Positions 17,227-26,650 of a stretch of 27,624 bases of DNA are shown in pieces. Source of the DNA: Candidatus Aenigmatarchaeota archaeon (GTDB lineage: Archaea > Aenigmatarchaeota > Aenigmatarchaeia > CG10238-14 > SpSt-28); assembly GCA_039000985.1 (NCBI GenBank), contig JAWBMD010000013.1:1-27624 (forward strand), read 5' to 3'. A model generated the notes under the pieces. The model searched no databases, was not told the DNA's origin, and saw only the letters and a program-made list of their open reading frames with translations. A program made the translations under genes and the position numbers. The first letter of the stretch is position 1. Every line of letters starts with the position of its first letter.

Positions 17227-18568
17227 CCATAGCAGCAAATGATCTAACTGCTCTTTCTGGTGTATCATAAGTTGGGATGTTCTTCTCTTCAAGTATTTTT
17301 CTAAAATGTTTAGAACTCTTCCCTCCAGGTGAACAGCATAATACAGGTTTTTTATACTTTTCTATTATAATTGGCAATTCTTCTAATAGTTGTTGGTTGT
17401 CCGTTAATGGTGATTGAAATAATAATATTAATATAGCGCCATCAAATAGGTTGCTTTTCAAGCACTCTTCTAAAGTAATTAAATAAGTTTCCGATGTTAC
17501 ATTCCCAGTTAAATCTATCGGGTTTTTAATAATTGCATATGATGGCAAAATTTCTTTGAGTTTGCTTTTAATATTTTCGTCAACTTCAGGTAAATATAGT
17601 TCATACTTTTCACATTCATCAGAAGTTATAACTCCTAGACCACCGCCTGCGCTTATTATTACTACGTTTTTACCCCTTGGTAATGGTTGTTTAGAAAAAG
17701 CTTTCGCAAAATCTAACATTTCTTCCAAGTTTTCTGCTTCAATTATTCCAACTTGTTTGAAAATTGAGGAATATATCTTATATTCGCCAGATAAACTTGC
17801 TGTATGGGATAAAGCAGCTTTTATTCCAGAATATGTTTTACCTCCTTTCAACGCAATTATTGGCTTTTTCTTACTAACTTTTCTAGCTATTTTTATAAAT
17901 CTTTTTCCATTTCTAACTCCCTCTAAAAAGAATAGTATTACTTTTGTCTTTTCATCATTAAAGAAAAAATCTAGTAAATCACATTCATTTACATCAATAG
18001 CATTTCCATAAGATACGAATCTTGCTAAACCAATACCTTCTTCAGAAAAGCAATCGATAATTGTAGAAGCTATCGATCCAGATTGAGAAATGAAAGAAAC
18101 GTTTCCTTCTTTTGGTCTTTCAAGAATATTACTTGGTAAAAACAAAGTATTTAATTTAGAGAAATTATCTAAAATACCTAAACAATTTGGACCTATTACT
18201 CTAATTTTTTTCTCTTTTATTATTTTCTTACACTCTTCCTCAATTTTCTTTCCTTCTTCACTTGCTTCAGAAAATCCACCACTTATTATTATTATGTTTT
18301 TTACTCCTTTTTCTCCACACTCTTTTAGTAAACTAGGTACAGTATTTGCTGGAGTAGCGATTATAGCAACATCTATTTTATCTTCAACATTTTTAATAGA
18401 TGGAAATACTTTTAGGTTTAATATATCATTAGCTTTTGGATTTATTGGATAAATTTTTCCTTTAAAATCTTTGACCAAGTTTTCCAATATAACATAACCA
18501 ATCTTTTTTGGTTCATGACTAGCTCCTATTAAAGCGACCGATTTTGGGTTAAAAAATGATTCTACCAT
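17165..18568 (-). CDS. acdA: Acetate--CoA ligase (ADP-forming), alpha subunit
   Basis: FFNPKSVALIGAS, GPNCLG, ISQSG, SYGNAID, SHTASL phospho-His, NPIDLTG, PERAV. Confidence 0.93.
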   Translation of the reverse strand: MVESFFNPKSVALIGASHEPKKIGYVILENLVKDFKGKIYPINPKANDILNLKVFPSIKNVEDKIDVAIIATPANTVPSLLKECGEKGVKNIIIISGGFSEASEEGKKIEEECKKIIKEKKIRVIGPNCLGILDNFSKLNTLFLPSNILERPKEGNVSFISQSGSIASTIIDCFSEEGIGLARFVSYGNAIDVNECDLLDFFFNDEKTKVILFFLEGVRNGKRFIKIARKVSKKKPIIALKGGKTYSGIKAALSHTASLSGEYKIYSSIFKQVGIIEAENLEEMLDFAKAFSKQPLPRGKNVVIISAGGGLGVITSDECEKYELYLPEVDENIKSKLKEILPSYAIIKNPIDLTGNVTSETYLITLEECLKSNLFDGAILILLFQSPLTDNQQLLEELPIIIEKYKKPVLCCSPGGKSSKHFRKILEEKNIPTYDTPERAVRSFAAMVRYVNLNKLKPQKDKSHHPV

Positions 18569-19217
18569 CTACAACGAAAGCATTCTTGCTCAAAACTATA
18601 ACAGGGTTCATATCGAGCTCTTTTATCCATTCATTTTCTTCTAAAAGTTTAGAGACCTTAATTAAAATATCTATTAAACTATTAATATCATAACTCTTCC
18701 CTCTATAGTTTTCTAAAACTTTATAGTTTTTTATTTCTTTTATCATTTTTTCAGCTTCATACTTGCTCAATGGTACTGTTCTAAAAACAACATCATTAAG
18801 TATTTCGCTAAATATTCCTCCTAAACCAAACATCAAAATTTTTCCGAACTGATAATCTTCTTTTCCTCCAATGATAATTTCCATCCCATTCTTAATCATT
18901 TTTTGCACAACAATTTTATCAATTTTTTCTTTATCAACTTTTCTCATTATTTGAGCATATCCTTCAACTAGTTCTGATTTTGAATTAATATTGGTTATTA
19001 CAGCTCCAATATCAGTTTTGTGTAATATTTGCCTTGAAGAGATTTTGAGTACAACAGGATATCCTATTTTTTTAGCTGCTGATAAAGCTTCCTTCCTATT
19101 TTTTACAAAAATAGTTTTAGCAGCTCTAATTTCATATTTTTTAAAAATTTTAAAGCATTCTTCAATTGTTAAAACATTTCTTCCTTCGTTTTTGGCTCTT
19201 TCAAGAATTTTCCACAC
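18549..19217 (-). CDS. acdB: Acetate--CoA ligase (ADP-forming), beta (ATP-grasp) subunit
   Basis: IGYPVVLK, HKTDIGAV, MFGLGGIF, ELDMNP, VDGRI; GTG start; 20-nt overlap with alpha. Confidence 0.92.
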   Translation of the reverse strand: MWKILERAKNEGRNVLTIEECFKIFKKYEIRAAKTIFVKNRKEALSAAKKIGYPVVLKISSRQILHKTDIGAVITNINSKSELVEGYAQIMRKVDKEKIDKIVVQKMIKNGMEIIIGGKEDYQFGKILMFGLGGIFSEILNDVVFRTVPLSKYEAEKMIKEIKNYKVLENYRGKSYDINSLIDILIKVSKLLEENEWIKELDMNPVIVLSKNAFVVDGRIIF

Positions 19218-19247
19218 AAATAAATTTTCTTTTGGTTTTAATTAATT

Positions 19248-19886
19248 ATGGTATTAAAATACAAGAATATTTCATTATATTGGCTTGGCCACGATGGCTT
19301 TAAAATAGTGGGTAGTAAAATAGTTTATATAGATGTTTTTAAAATAGAGGAGCAAAAAGAAAAAGCGGATATAGTTTTAATAACACATGAGCATTTCGAC
19401 CATTTAAGCTTAGAAGATATAAATAAAGTAATTGATGAAAAATCAAAAATAGTAGCTCCCCAAATATGTGAAAAAAGTTTAAAAGTTATAAAAAATGAAA
19501 AAATTTTTGTAGAACCATTTAATAAAATAGAAATAGAAAATGTAAAAATAGAAACGTATCCATCTTACAATAAAGACAAGCATTTTCATCCAAAAAAAGA
19601 TGGTAGAGTTAGTTATGTTTTGGAAATAGACAATGTAAGAGTATTTCATGCTGGAGACAGCGATTTTATAGATGAATTTAAAGAATTAAAAAACATAGAT
19701 ATAGCTTTATTGCCAGTAAGTGGAGTTTATGTAATGGATTGGAAAGAAGCTGTCGAAGCGGCTTTAGCAATAAAACCAAAAATAGCAATACCAATGCATT
19801 ATAATTCAATAGTTGGAACAAAAGAAGATGCAAAAAATTTTGTTAATGCATTAAAAGATAAAGTTGAAACTTTTATATTTGAGTAG
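19248..19886 (+). CDS. Metallo-beta-lactamase-fold hydrolase (UlaG/COG2220-like)
   Basis: WLGH, ITHEHFDH, FH, HAGD, IPMHY. Confidence 0.92.
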   Translation: MVLKYKNISLYWLGHDGFKIVGSKIVYIDVFKIEEQKEKADIVLITHEHFDHLSLEDINKVIDEKSKIVAPQICEKSLKVIKNEKIFVEPFNKIEIENVKIETYPSYNKDKHFHPKKDGRVSYVLEIDNVRVFHAGDSDFIDEFKELKNIDIALLPVSGVYVMDWKEAVEAALAIKPKIAIPMHYNSIVGTKEDAKNFVNALKDKVETFIFE

Positions 19887-22800
19887 GAGAAAAATAAAAA
19901 TAGCAATAGATAGAAGTATTAATAGAAATAAAATAAAGTTTCTATTTTCACAGTTTTTAAAAATTTCTATTTTTTCTATGCATTTAAAATCAGTGCTTTC
20001 ATTGCAAAAATAAGTTCTGTATTTGCATTTGTCGATATTTATTTTAATAGTGGGGCAATTACAAATTTTTATTTTGTTACCGGCTATTATAAAATTACTC
20101 ATTTCATTTAAATAGCTAATAAAGTAAATATTTTCATTATCTTCATACAAAACCAATGTCTCAATTTTTTCAATAATATCGGAAATCCTATATAGGCTTA
20201 TTGTTGATTTATTAATTTCATTTTTTAAAATCCAGTTAATTGGGACTGAAAATTTTATTGTTATATTTTTTATTTTTGTTAGGTTGTTTTCTATTTTAAA
20301 AGATTTATATATAGTAAGGTTTCCATATTTTGTATCATTTAATTCGGAAAAGTTTAAAAACAGGTTTTCAATTTTTCCAGAAAAAATTATAGTAATGTTT
20401 ATAAAGCTAAAATTTATAAGAATTTCTTTATTTTCCGGATAGCTCACAATAAATATAGTATTATTTCCAAAGTAATTTATAATTTGTTTAGTTACATTTG
20501 TTATATTAATTGAAGATTCATTAGTTTTTTTATGATAATATGTTGCTTCATTCGATATGCAGCTATATTTTTCAATTTTTTTTCCGCATTTGTAATTTGT
20601 AAGTTCATTACAAACATAAAATATTTTTTCTATTATGTTGTTAATACAACCAGTTACATATTCATTTGGACATATGGGACATAAGCCAAAAAATAGCGTT
20701 GAAAATGAAAATGTATAGTTTTCAGTTTCATCTGCATAATAGCTAGTAACATTATACTTTAAGCTTTCCGTTAGATTAGATGTATTCAATAAAATGCTTA
20801 CATTACCAATGCCTTCTTGTATTAATGATTGGTTTAGCTCTATTTTTAGTCTTTTAAAAGTATTTAGTAAAGATGTTATATTAATTATTTCCCCCTTTTT
20901 AATTGTTACATTAGCATTCTTTCTATTTAAAAACAAATCTACTTTTGTATTAAATTTGGTTATTGTAATGTTGAATATATCAGTATAATTATAAAAATTG
21001 GCACTATCATTCATAAACCATCTGAAAAAAATTGTAGTATTTGCCGCATAACTATTTTTTGGAATTACAAAAAAGTAAACATTGTTACTTTTATTTGTGG
21101 TGTAATTAATTCCATTTATTTCTATTAATACTGTATCTACATAAACGTCATCAAAAACACTAATGTTTAAATAAATATCATCTTCATAGCTTGCATTTCC
21201 AATTTTTATATTGGTATAATATGGTGCTAAATCCTCCTTTATTACGTAAGTTTCAGTAAAATTACTATTTCCTAAGCTATCATTCACATAAATTCTTATG
21301 CCAATTATTCCATTATTTATCGAATTATTGCTCCATGTAAAGTTTACCCAACTTTCTGTATTGTTTAATTGAATTAAAGAATAATTAATCCACTCTCCAC
21401 TTTCATTTGTTGAAATTATTGCAAATGACAAGCCATCTAAATCAATCCATTTGCTATATATAAAAACACTCTCGTTTCTTTTCAATACGGATGCATTTTT
21501 TCCAACTTCTAAATACCTTGGCGGTAAAGAAATTTTAAAAAATGATGTCGTTCGGTTAATATTTCCAGCAGTATCGTTAGAGAAAATAGAGAGCGAATAA
21601 TTGCCCTCATCTAAATTTATAGTAAAATTTGAGCAATTTTCTATTATATACTCATTGCTATTTATTTCATACCAGCATTTGTCTAAATTTTCTTCTACAA
21701 TTGTGAAGTTTACATTAACAAGACTTTGATTAATTATTGAAGAATTTATTGGACTAACTAAGTACAAAATTGGTTTAATAGTATCTACAATAAAAAATAT
21801 TGTTTCATTAAAGTATGTCGTTGAAAAAACAGCTTCATAATTACCATCTGTTAAGTTTGATATATTATAATAATGGCTTATGCTATCATTTAAAAGTAAT
21901 AAGGATTCGTTGTTTAAAAAAATATTTATATTTTCATCTAAAACTCTTAATGTCACATTGAAATGAATTATACTATTATTATAGCTTTTATTTAAGGGGG
22001 AATAAACTATTATAGGTTTAGTAAAAGGTACACTTGAAACAATGAAATAATCTTGTTGAGAGGAGACATTGATTTTTATTTTGTAAATACCAATAGTTAA
22101 ATTTCTAACAATTATTTGTTCAACATTGTCAGATGGTGAATAATTAAGGGGAATATTTTCAAATTTTAAATTTATATCTTCATCTCCAAGCCAAGTTAAA
22201 GTAATAATCGCATTTGAGTTATTTTCAGAAATTTCTACATAAAATATTTTGCTTTTGTTATCATGATTGAAAAAACTATTATTTGCCAATCTTAATGCTT
22301 CATATGTATTTATTAAACCAGAACCATATACATTGTTTCTTTGTTCTATTTTTGAGTAATTTGTACTTGTTAACAATATGGCTTTAACCAATAATGGATC
22401 TGGGTAAAAATTAAAGCTTTTTTTAAATTTTTCATATATAAGAGCAGCTATTCCACTAACAAATGGAGTAGCCATGCTTGTACCTGTTAAGCTAATGTAT
22501 TCATTATATAAATAAGTTGAATTTACATTAGTACCAATAGCTACTATATCTGGTTTTATTCTATTATCCATAGTTGGTCCTCTTGAGCTAAAGCTTGCTA
22601 TTTCTAAGTTATTTTTGTTTACTGCACCAACAGCTATTACAGATTTAGCACAAGCTGGAGATGAAATTGTATTACTTCCCGGACCACTATTACCAGCTGC
22701 TGCTATAAACAATGTTTTATTAATTCTTGTTAACTCGTCAACCAAGCTATCTATTACTGAGCTATAGCAAGAATCATCTGAACCCAAACTCAAAGAAATT

Positions 22801-23429
22801 ATTTGTGCCCCATTTGCAATTGAATAATTTATACCTTTAATTAAATCGCTTTCTGAGCCATAACCAGAAGAATTCAAAACTTTTATAGCAAATATGGAAG
22901 AATTAGAAGCAACTCCCAATATACCAGCAGCTATTCCTGCTACATGAGTTCCATGACCATTATCATCTGTTGCATTATTGCTTTCATAGCTATTATCTGG
23001 TGGACATTTTTTACCTGGGATTGATATAAAGCATTTTTGTATAACTATTCTATTTTTTAGCTCATCATGAGGATAAATACCAGTATCTATTATTGAAATA
23101 TTTACACCGCTTCCATTTAAGCTAAAATATTGCTTTCCGAAATCTATTTTCATTATTGGAATGGATGTTTCTCTAAAATATCTAACTATTTTATCTTTGT
23201 AGATTTCTTTTATGTTTTTGTTTTTAATTAGTTTGTTAAAATCCTGTTTTTTAACCTTTAATTTTATGTAGAAGTTTTCTGCTTTCATTAATGTTTCTCC
23301 ATTCTCAATCTCTCTCTCTGAAATTACTATTATATTAACAAATTCATTTTCCTCTAAATCTTCCAATACACTTTTCTCTATTTTCACAGAAAATGAAATA
23401 TTGAATAATAAGAATAATATCACAAACAT
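19851..23429 (-). CDS. Large membrane-anchored S8 subtilisin-family serine protease
   Basis: Triad motifs IIDTG, NGHGTHVAG, GTSMATP and oxyanion AAAGN; Asn-rich Ig-like stalk; PGF-pre-PGF-like domain; C-terminal TM. Start set at ATG 23429 (signal peptide) to avoid overlap with fen. Confidence 0.92.
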   Translation of the reverse strand: MFVILFLLFNISFSVKIEKSVLEDLEENEFVNIIVISEREIENGETLMKAENFYIKLKVKKQDFNKLIKNKNIKEIYKDKIVRYFRETSIPIMKIDFGKQYFSLNGSGVNISIIDTGIYPHDELKNRIVIQKCFISIPGKKCPPDNSYESNNATDDNGHGTHVAGIAAGILGVASNSSIFAIKVLNSSGYGSESDLIKGINYSIANGAQIISLSLGSDDSCYSSVIDSLVDELTRINKTLFIAAAGNSGPGSNTISSPACAKSVIAVGAVNKNNLEIASFSSRGPTMDNRIKPDIVAIGTNVNSTYLYNEYISLTGTSMATPFVSGIAALIYEKFKKSFNFYPDPLLVKAILLTSTNYSKIEQRNNVYGSGLINTYEALRLANNSFFNHDNKSKIFYVEISENNSNAIITLTWLGDEDINLKFENIPLNYSPSDNVEQIIVRNLTIGIYKIKINVSSQQDYFIVSSVPFTKPIIVYSPLNKSYNNSIIHFNVTLRVLDENINIFLNNESLLLLNDSISHYYNISNLTDGNYEAVFSTTYFNETIFFIVDTIKPILYLVSPINSSIINQSLVNVNFTIVEENLDKCWYEINSNEYIIENCSNFTINLDEGNYSLSIFSNDTAGNINRTTSFFKISLPPRYLEVGKNASVLKRNESVFIYSKWIDLDGLSFAIISTNESGEWINYSLIQLNNTESWVNFTWSNNSINNGIIGIRIYVNDSLGNSNFTETYVIKEDLAPYYTNIKIGNASYEDDIYLNISVFDDVYVDTVLIEINGINYTTNKSNNVYFFVIPKNSYAANTTIFFRWFMNDSANFYNYTDIFNITITKFNTKVDLFLNRKNANVTIKKGEIINITSLLNTFKRLKIELNQSLIQEGIGNVSILLNTSNLTESLKYNVTSYYADETENYTFSFSTLFFGLCPICPNEYVTGCINNIIEKIFYVCNELTNYKCGKKIEKYSCISNEATYYHKKTNESSINITNVTKQIINYFGNNTIFIVSYPENKEILINFSFINITIIFSGKIENLFLNFSELNDTKYGNLTIYKSFKIENNLTKIKNITIKFSVPINWILKNEINKSTISLYRISDIIEKIETLVLYEDNENIYFISYLNEMSNFIIAGNKIKICNCPTIKINIDKCKYRTYFCNESTDFKCIEKIEIFKNCENRNFILFLLILLSIAIFIFLLLKYKSFNFIF

Positions 23430-23435
23430 TAATTT

Positions 23436-24464
23436 GTGGGAGTTAAAATAGGAGATATAGTAGCTAAAAAAGAAGTAGATATTTCTTTTTTTTCTGGTAA
23501 GAAAATTGCTATAGATGCACATAATTATATTTATCAATTTTTAACAACAATTAGAGATAGAGAAACTGGTGAACCACTAAAAGATGAAAAGGGTAGAATA
23601 ACTTCCCACATTTCTGGATTATTTTACAGAACAATTAATTTAATAGAAAATGGAATAAAACCAATTCTTGTTTTTGATGGTAAACCACCAGAGTTCAAAA
23701 AATTTACATTAGAAATTAGAGAAAAAAGAAAAGAAGAGGCTGAGAAAAAATGGTTAGAAGCTTTAGAAGCTGGGGAAGAAGCAAAAAAATATGCTCAAGC
23801 TGCGAGCAGATTAAGTGATGATATGGTTAAAGAATGTAAGGAACTTTTGGATTATATGGGAGTTAATTATTTAGATGCTTTAAGTGAAGGAGAAGCACAA
23901 TGTGCTTTCATGTGCAAAAAAAGTTTTGTTGATTATTCCTGTAGTCAAGATTTTGATTCTTTACTTTTTGGTTCTCCATTTTTGGCTAGGAATTTATCTT
24001 TAACTGGGAAAAGAAAACTTCCTGGTAAAGAAATTTATATTGAAGTAAAACCAGAAATAATTAGCTTGGAAGAAACTTTAAAAAATAATGATATAACACA
24101 AGAGCAGTTAATAATAATTGGAATTTTAATAGGTACAGATTATAATGTTGATGGAATTAAAGGAATTGGAATAAAAACAGCTTTAAAATTAGTTAAGGAA
24201 TACAAAACTTTAGATAGAATATTAAAAGTAGTTAAGTGGGAATTTGATATAGATCCATTTTCAATTTTAGAATTTTTTAAAAACCCGCCAGTAATAGAAA
24301 ATATAGAGCTAAAGCAGAAAGAGATTGATAGAGAAAAAGTAATAAAGTTTATGGTTGATGAAAGAAATTTTTCATTAGAAAGAGTTGAAAAATATATAGA
24401 AATTTTGGAAAATTCTTTAAAAAAAGGAAGGCAAGTTGGTTTAGCTTCTTTTTTCAAAAAATAA
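23436..24464 (+). CDS. fen: Flap endonuclease 1
   Basis: MGV N-terminus, IAIDA.N.IYQFL, GRITSH, VFDG, SEGEAQ, SQDFD, GTDYN..GI.GIG.K.A, C-terminal PIP box QVGLASFF. Confidence 0.97.
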   Translation: MGVKIGDIVAKKEVDISFFSGKKIAIDAHNYIYQFLTTIRDRETGEPLKDEKGRITSHISGLFYRTINLIENGIKPILVFDGKPPEFKKFTLEIREKRKEEAEKKWLEALEAGEEAKKYAQAASRLSDDMVKECKELLDYMGVNYLDALSEGEAQCAFMCKKSFVDYSCSQDFDSLLFGSPFLARNLSLTGKRKLPGKEIYIEVKPEIISLEETLKNNDITQEQLIIIGILIGTDYNVDGIKGIGIKTALKLVKEYKTLDRILKVVKWEFDIDPFSILEFFKNPPVIENIELKQKEIDREKVIKFMVDERNFSLERVEKYIEILENSLKKGRQVGLASFFKK

Positions 24465-24465
24465 T

Positions 24466-24536
24466 TGGGCCGATCCGGAATCGAACCGGAATCTCCACCG
24501 CGTCAGAGTGGCGTCCTACCATTAGACTATCGGCCC
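24466..24536 (-). tRNA. tRNA-Val(GAC), no intron, CCA not encoded
   Basis: Minus strand GGGCCGA/TCGGCCC acceptor, anticodon stem CCACT/GGTGG with loop CT-GAC-GC, T arm TCCGG-TTCGATT-CCGGA. Confidence 0.95.
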
Positions 24537-24564
24537 ATAAAAAGATTGCTTCAAATAAAAATTT

Positions 24565-26253
24565 ATGAGCATGAAATATATAGATTTGATTAATGTATAT
24601 TCTTCTCTAGAAAAAACTACTTCAAAACTAGAAAAAGCATCAATAATTTCAAAATTTTTGAAAAATATAGAAAATATAGATGAGTTAAAAATAACTGTTA
24701 GTCTTATAGAAGGAAGGGTTTTTCCAAAGTATAAGCAAATAGAGCTCGGAGTAGCAACACAATTAATGATAAAAGCAATCTCAAAATCAACTGGTTTTTC
24801 TCCATCTCAAATAGAGGATTTATTTAGAGAAATGGGAGATTTGGGTACTGTAGCTGAGTATTGCATTGCACATATGAAGCAAAAAATTTTTATGAAAAAG
24901 AGTTTAAGCTTAAAAGATGTTTTTGAAAACATGCAAAAAATTGGTTTAGCTAGTGGAGAAGGCTCTCAAGAAAAAAAATTGCTTTTAATTTCTTACTTAC
25001 TAAACAATTCTCAACCAATAGAGGCAAAATATATAGTAAGAACAATTTTAGAAGAGTTAAGGATTGGGGTGGCTGAAGGTATTTTAATAGATGCAATTTC
25101 AGAAGCTTTTTTAGGTGGAAAAGAAAATAGAAATTTTGTTGAGTTTGCATGGAATATTTTAACAGATTTTTCCGAAGTTGCAGCTATTGCAAAAGAAAGT
25201 GGAAAAGATGGTTTATTAAATGTTAAACCAGTTTTGGGTAGGCCAATTCAAGTAATGCTTGGTTTAGCAGCAGAAAGCATAGAGGATGTTGTTAAAGAAT
25301 ATCCAAATGTTATTTGTGAGTTTAAATATGATGGGTTTAGAGCGCAAATTCATAAGGATTTTGACAAAATTTGGATTTTTTCTAGGAGGCAAGAAGATGT
25401 CACAGCTCAATTCCCAGATTTGGTAGAATTTTGTAAAGAAAACATAAAAGCTGTTCAATGTATTGTTGAAGGAGAAGCATGGGCAATAGATAAGGATGGT
25501 AATCCATTACCATTTCAAAAGCTTTCTCAAAGAATTCATAGAAAATATGATATTGAAAAAATGGTTAAAGAAATTCCTGTTCAATTAAACTTATTTGATA
25601 TAGTTTATTTAGATGGTAAAACTTTATTTAACATTTCTTTAAATGAAAGAAGAAGTATATTGGTTAAAATAGTAAAAGAGGAGGAAAGAAAAATAAAAAT
25701 AGCTGATAGTATTATTCCAAAAAATGTTGAAGAAATAAAAGAGTTTTATAAAAAAGCTAAAGAATTAAAACAAGAAGGAATAATGATAAAAAATTTAGAT
25801 GCTCCTTATATTTTTGGTAGACACGTTGGTGGTTGGTATAAAATAAAGGAAACGATGGAAAGCTTAGATTTGGTTATAATTGGAGCTACATGGGGAGAAG
25901 GAGCAAGAGCAAAATGGTTAACAAGTTATTTATTGGCTTGTAGAGATGAAGATACTGGAAAATTGTTGCCATGTGGAATGATGAGCACAGGTTTAACAGA
26001 GGAAGAATATCAAATGTTTACTGATATTTTAAAAAAGCTAATAATTAAACAAAGCGGTAGAGAAGTTATTGTTAAGCCACAAATAGTTATAGAAGTTGGT
26101 TATCAAGAAATTCAAAAGAGTCCTAATTATGAATCTGGTTATGCTTTAAGATTTCCAAGATTTATTAGAATAAGAGAAGATAAGAGTGTTGAGGAATGCG
26201 ATACATTATCAAGATTAGAAAGTCTTTTTTTATCGCAAGGTAGAAAGGGTTAA
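24565..26253 (+). CDS. lig: ATP-dependent DNA ligase
   Basis: Motif I EFKYDGFR, EGE, LFDI, EGIMIK, WYKIK, DLVIIG, LRFPRFIRIREDK. Confidence 0.97.
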   Translation: MSMKYIDLINVYSSLEKTTSKLEKASIISKFLKNIENIDELKITVSLIEGRVFPKYKQIELGVATQLMIKAISKSTGFSPSQIEDLFREMGDLGTVAEYCIAHMKQKIFMKKSLSLKDVFENMQKIGLASGEGSQEKKLLLISYLLNNSQPIEAKYIVRTILEELRIGVAEGILIDAISEAFLGGKENRNFVEFAWNILTDFSEVAAIAKESGKDGLLNVKPVLGRPIQVMLGLAAESIEDVVKEYPNVICEFKYDGFRAQIHKDFDKIWIFSRRQEDVTAQFPDLVEFCKENIKAVQCIVEGEAWAIDKDGNPLPFQKLSQRIHRKYDIEKMVKEIPVQLNLFDIVYLDGKTLFNISLNERRSILVKIVKEEERKIKIADSIIPKNVEEIKEFYKKAKELKQEGIMIKNLDAPYIFGRHVGGWYKIKETMESLDLVIIGATWGEGARAKWLTSYLLACRDEDTGKLLPCGMMSTGLTEEEYQMFTDILKKLIIKQSGREVIVKPQIVIEVGYQEIQKSPNYESGYALRFPRFIRIREDKSVEECDTLSRLESLFLSQGRKG

Positions 26254-26257
26254 AATA

Positions 26258-26278
26258 TTTAAAGTTTTTTAAAAAACT
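26258..26278 (+). promoter_or_regulatory. Candidate TATA box followed by 16-bp perfect palindrome upstream of rps8e
   Basis: TTTAAA at 26258 is 27 nt before ATG 26285; AGTTTTTTAAAAAACT at 26263-26278. Confidence 0.4.
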
Positions 26279-26284
26279 AATATT

Positions 26285-26650
26285 ATGGCACAGTATAGAA
26301 ATTTTTTAGGATTAACAACTACTGGAAAGAAAATACCAAAATATAGAAAAAAGAAGAGAAGAGAAGTTGGTTCAGATCCAATTTTAACAAAACTTTCTAA
26401 AAATGAAAAAAGAGTTTTTTATAAGAATAGAATAGCATTATTAGAAGCTTCTTATGCAAATGTTTTTGATTTAAATTCAAAAACTGCAAAAAAAGTTAAA
26501 ATATTAGATGTTGTAGAAAATAAAGCTAACCCAAATTTCGAAAGAGCTAAAATAATTACGAAAGGTGCTGTAATTAAAACAGAAATAGGATTAGCTAAAG
26601 TTATTTCAAGACCAGGAAGAGATGGTGTAGTTAATGCTATTCTTTTATGA
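26285..26650 (+). CDS. rps8e: 30S ribosomal protein S8e
   Basis: RKKKRREVG, YANV, VVENKANPNF.R.KIITKGAVI.TEIG.A.V.SRPG.DGVVNA. Confidence 0.95.
   Translation: MAQYRNFLGLTTTGKKIPKYRKKKRREVGSDPILTKLSKNEKRVFYKNRIALLEASYANVFDLNSKTAKKVKILDVVENKANPNFERAKIITKGAVIKTEIGLAKVISRPGRDGVVNAILL

Noticed and set aside
809..23537. Longest-ORF starts at 809, 935, 10315, 13081, 15479 and 23537
   Set aside because: The extensions overlap neighbouring genes or bury signal peptides; downstream ATGs give family-typical N-termini.
3338..24536. Region between the two tRNAs as an integrated island
   Set aside because: No duplicated tRNA 3' end or integrase seen; the shared TCGAACCG is just the T-loop; the region contains core genes with host-like composition.
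5283..25458. Short opposite-strand or alternate-frame ORFs in the track (5283, 5823, 11766, 11997, 17556, 18090, 18991, 20794, 24140, 24950, 25264)
   Set aside because: All lie within or largely overlap well-supported genes and show the F/S/L/I-rich composition of shadow frames, with no motifs.
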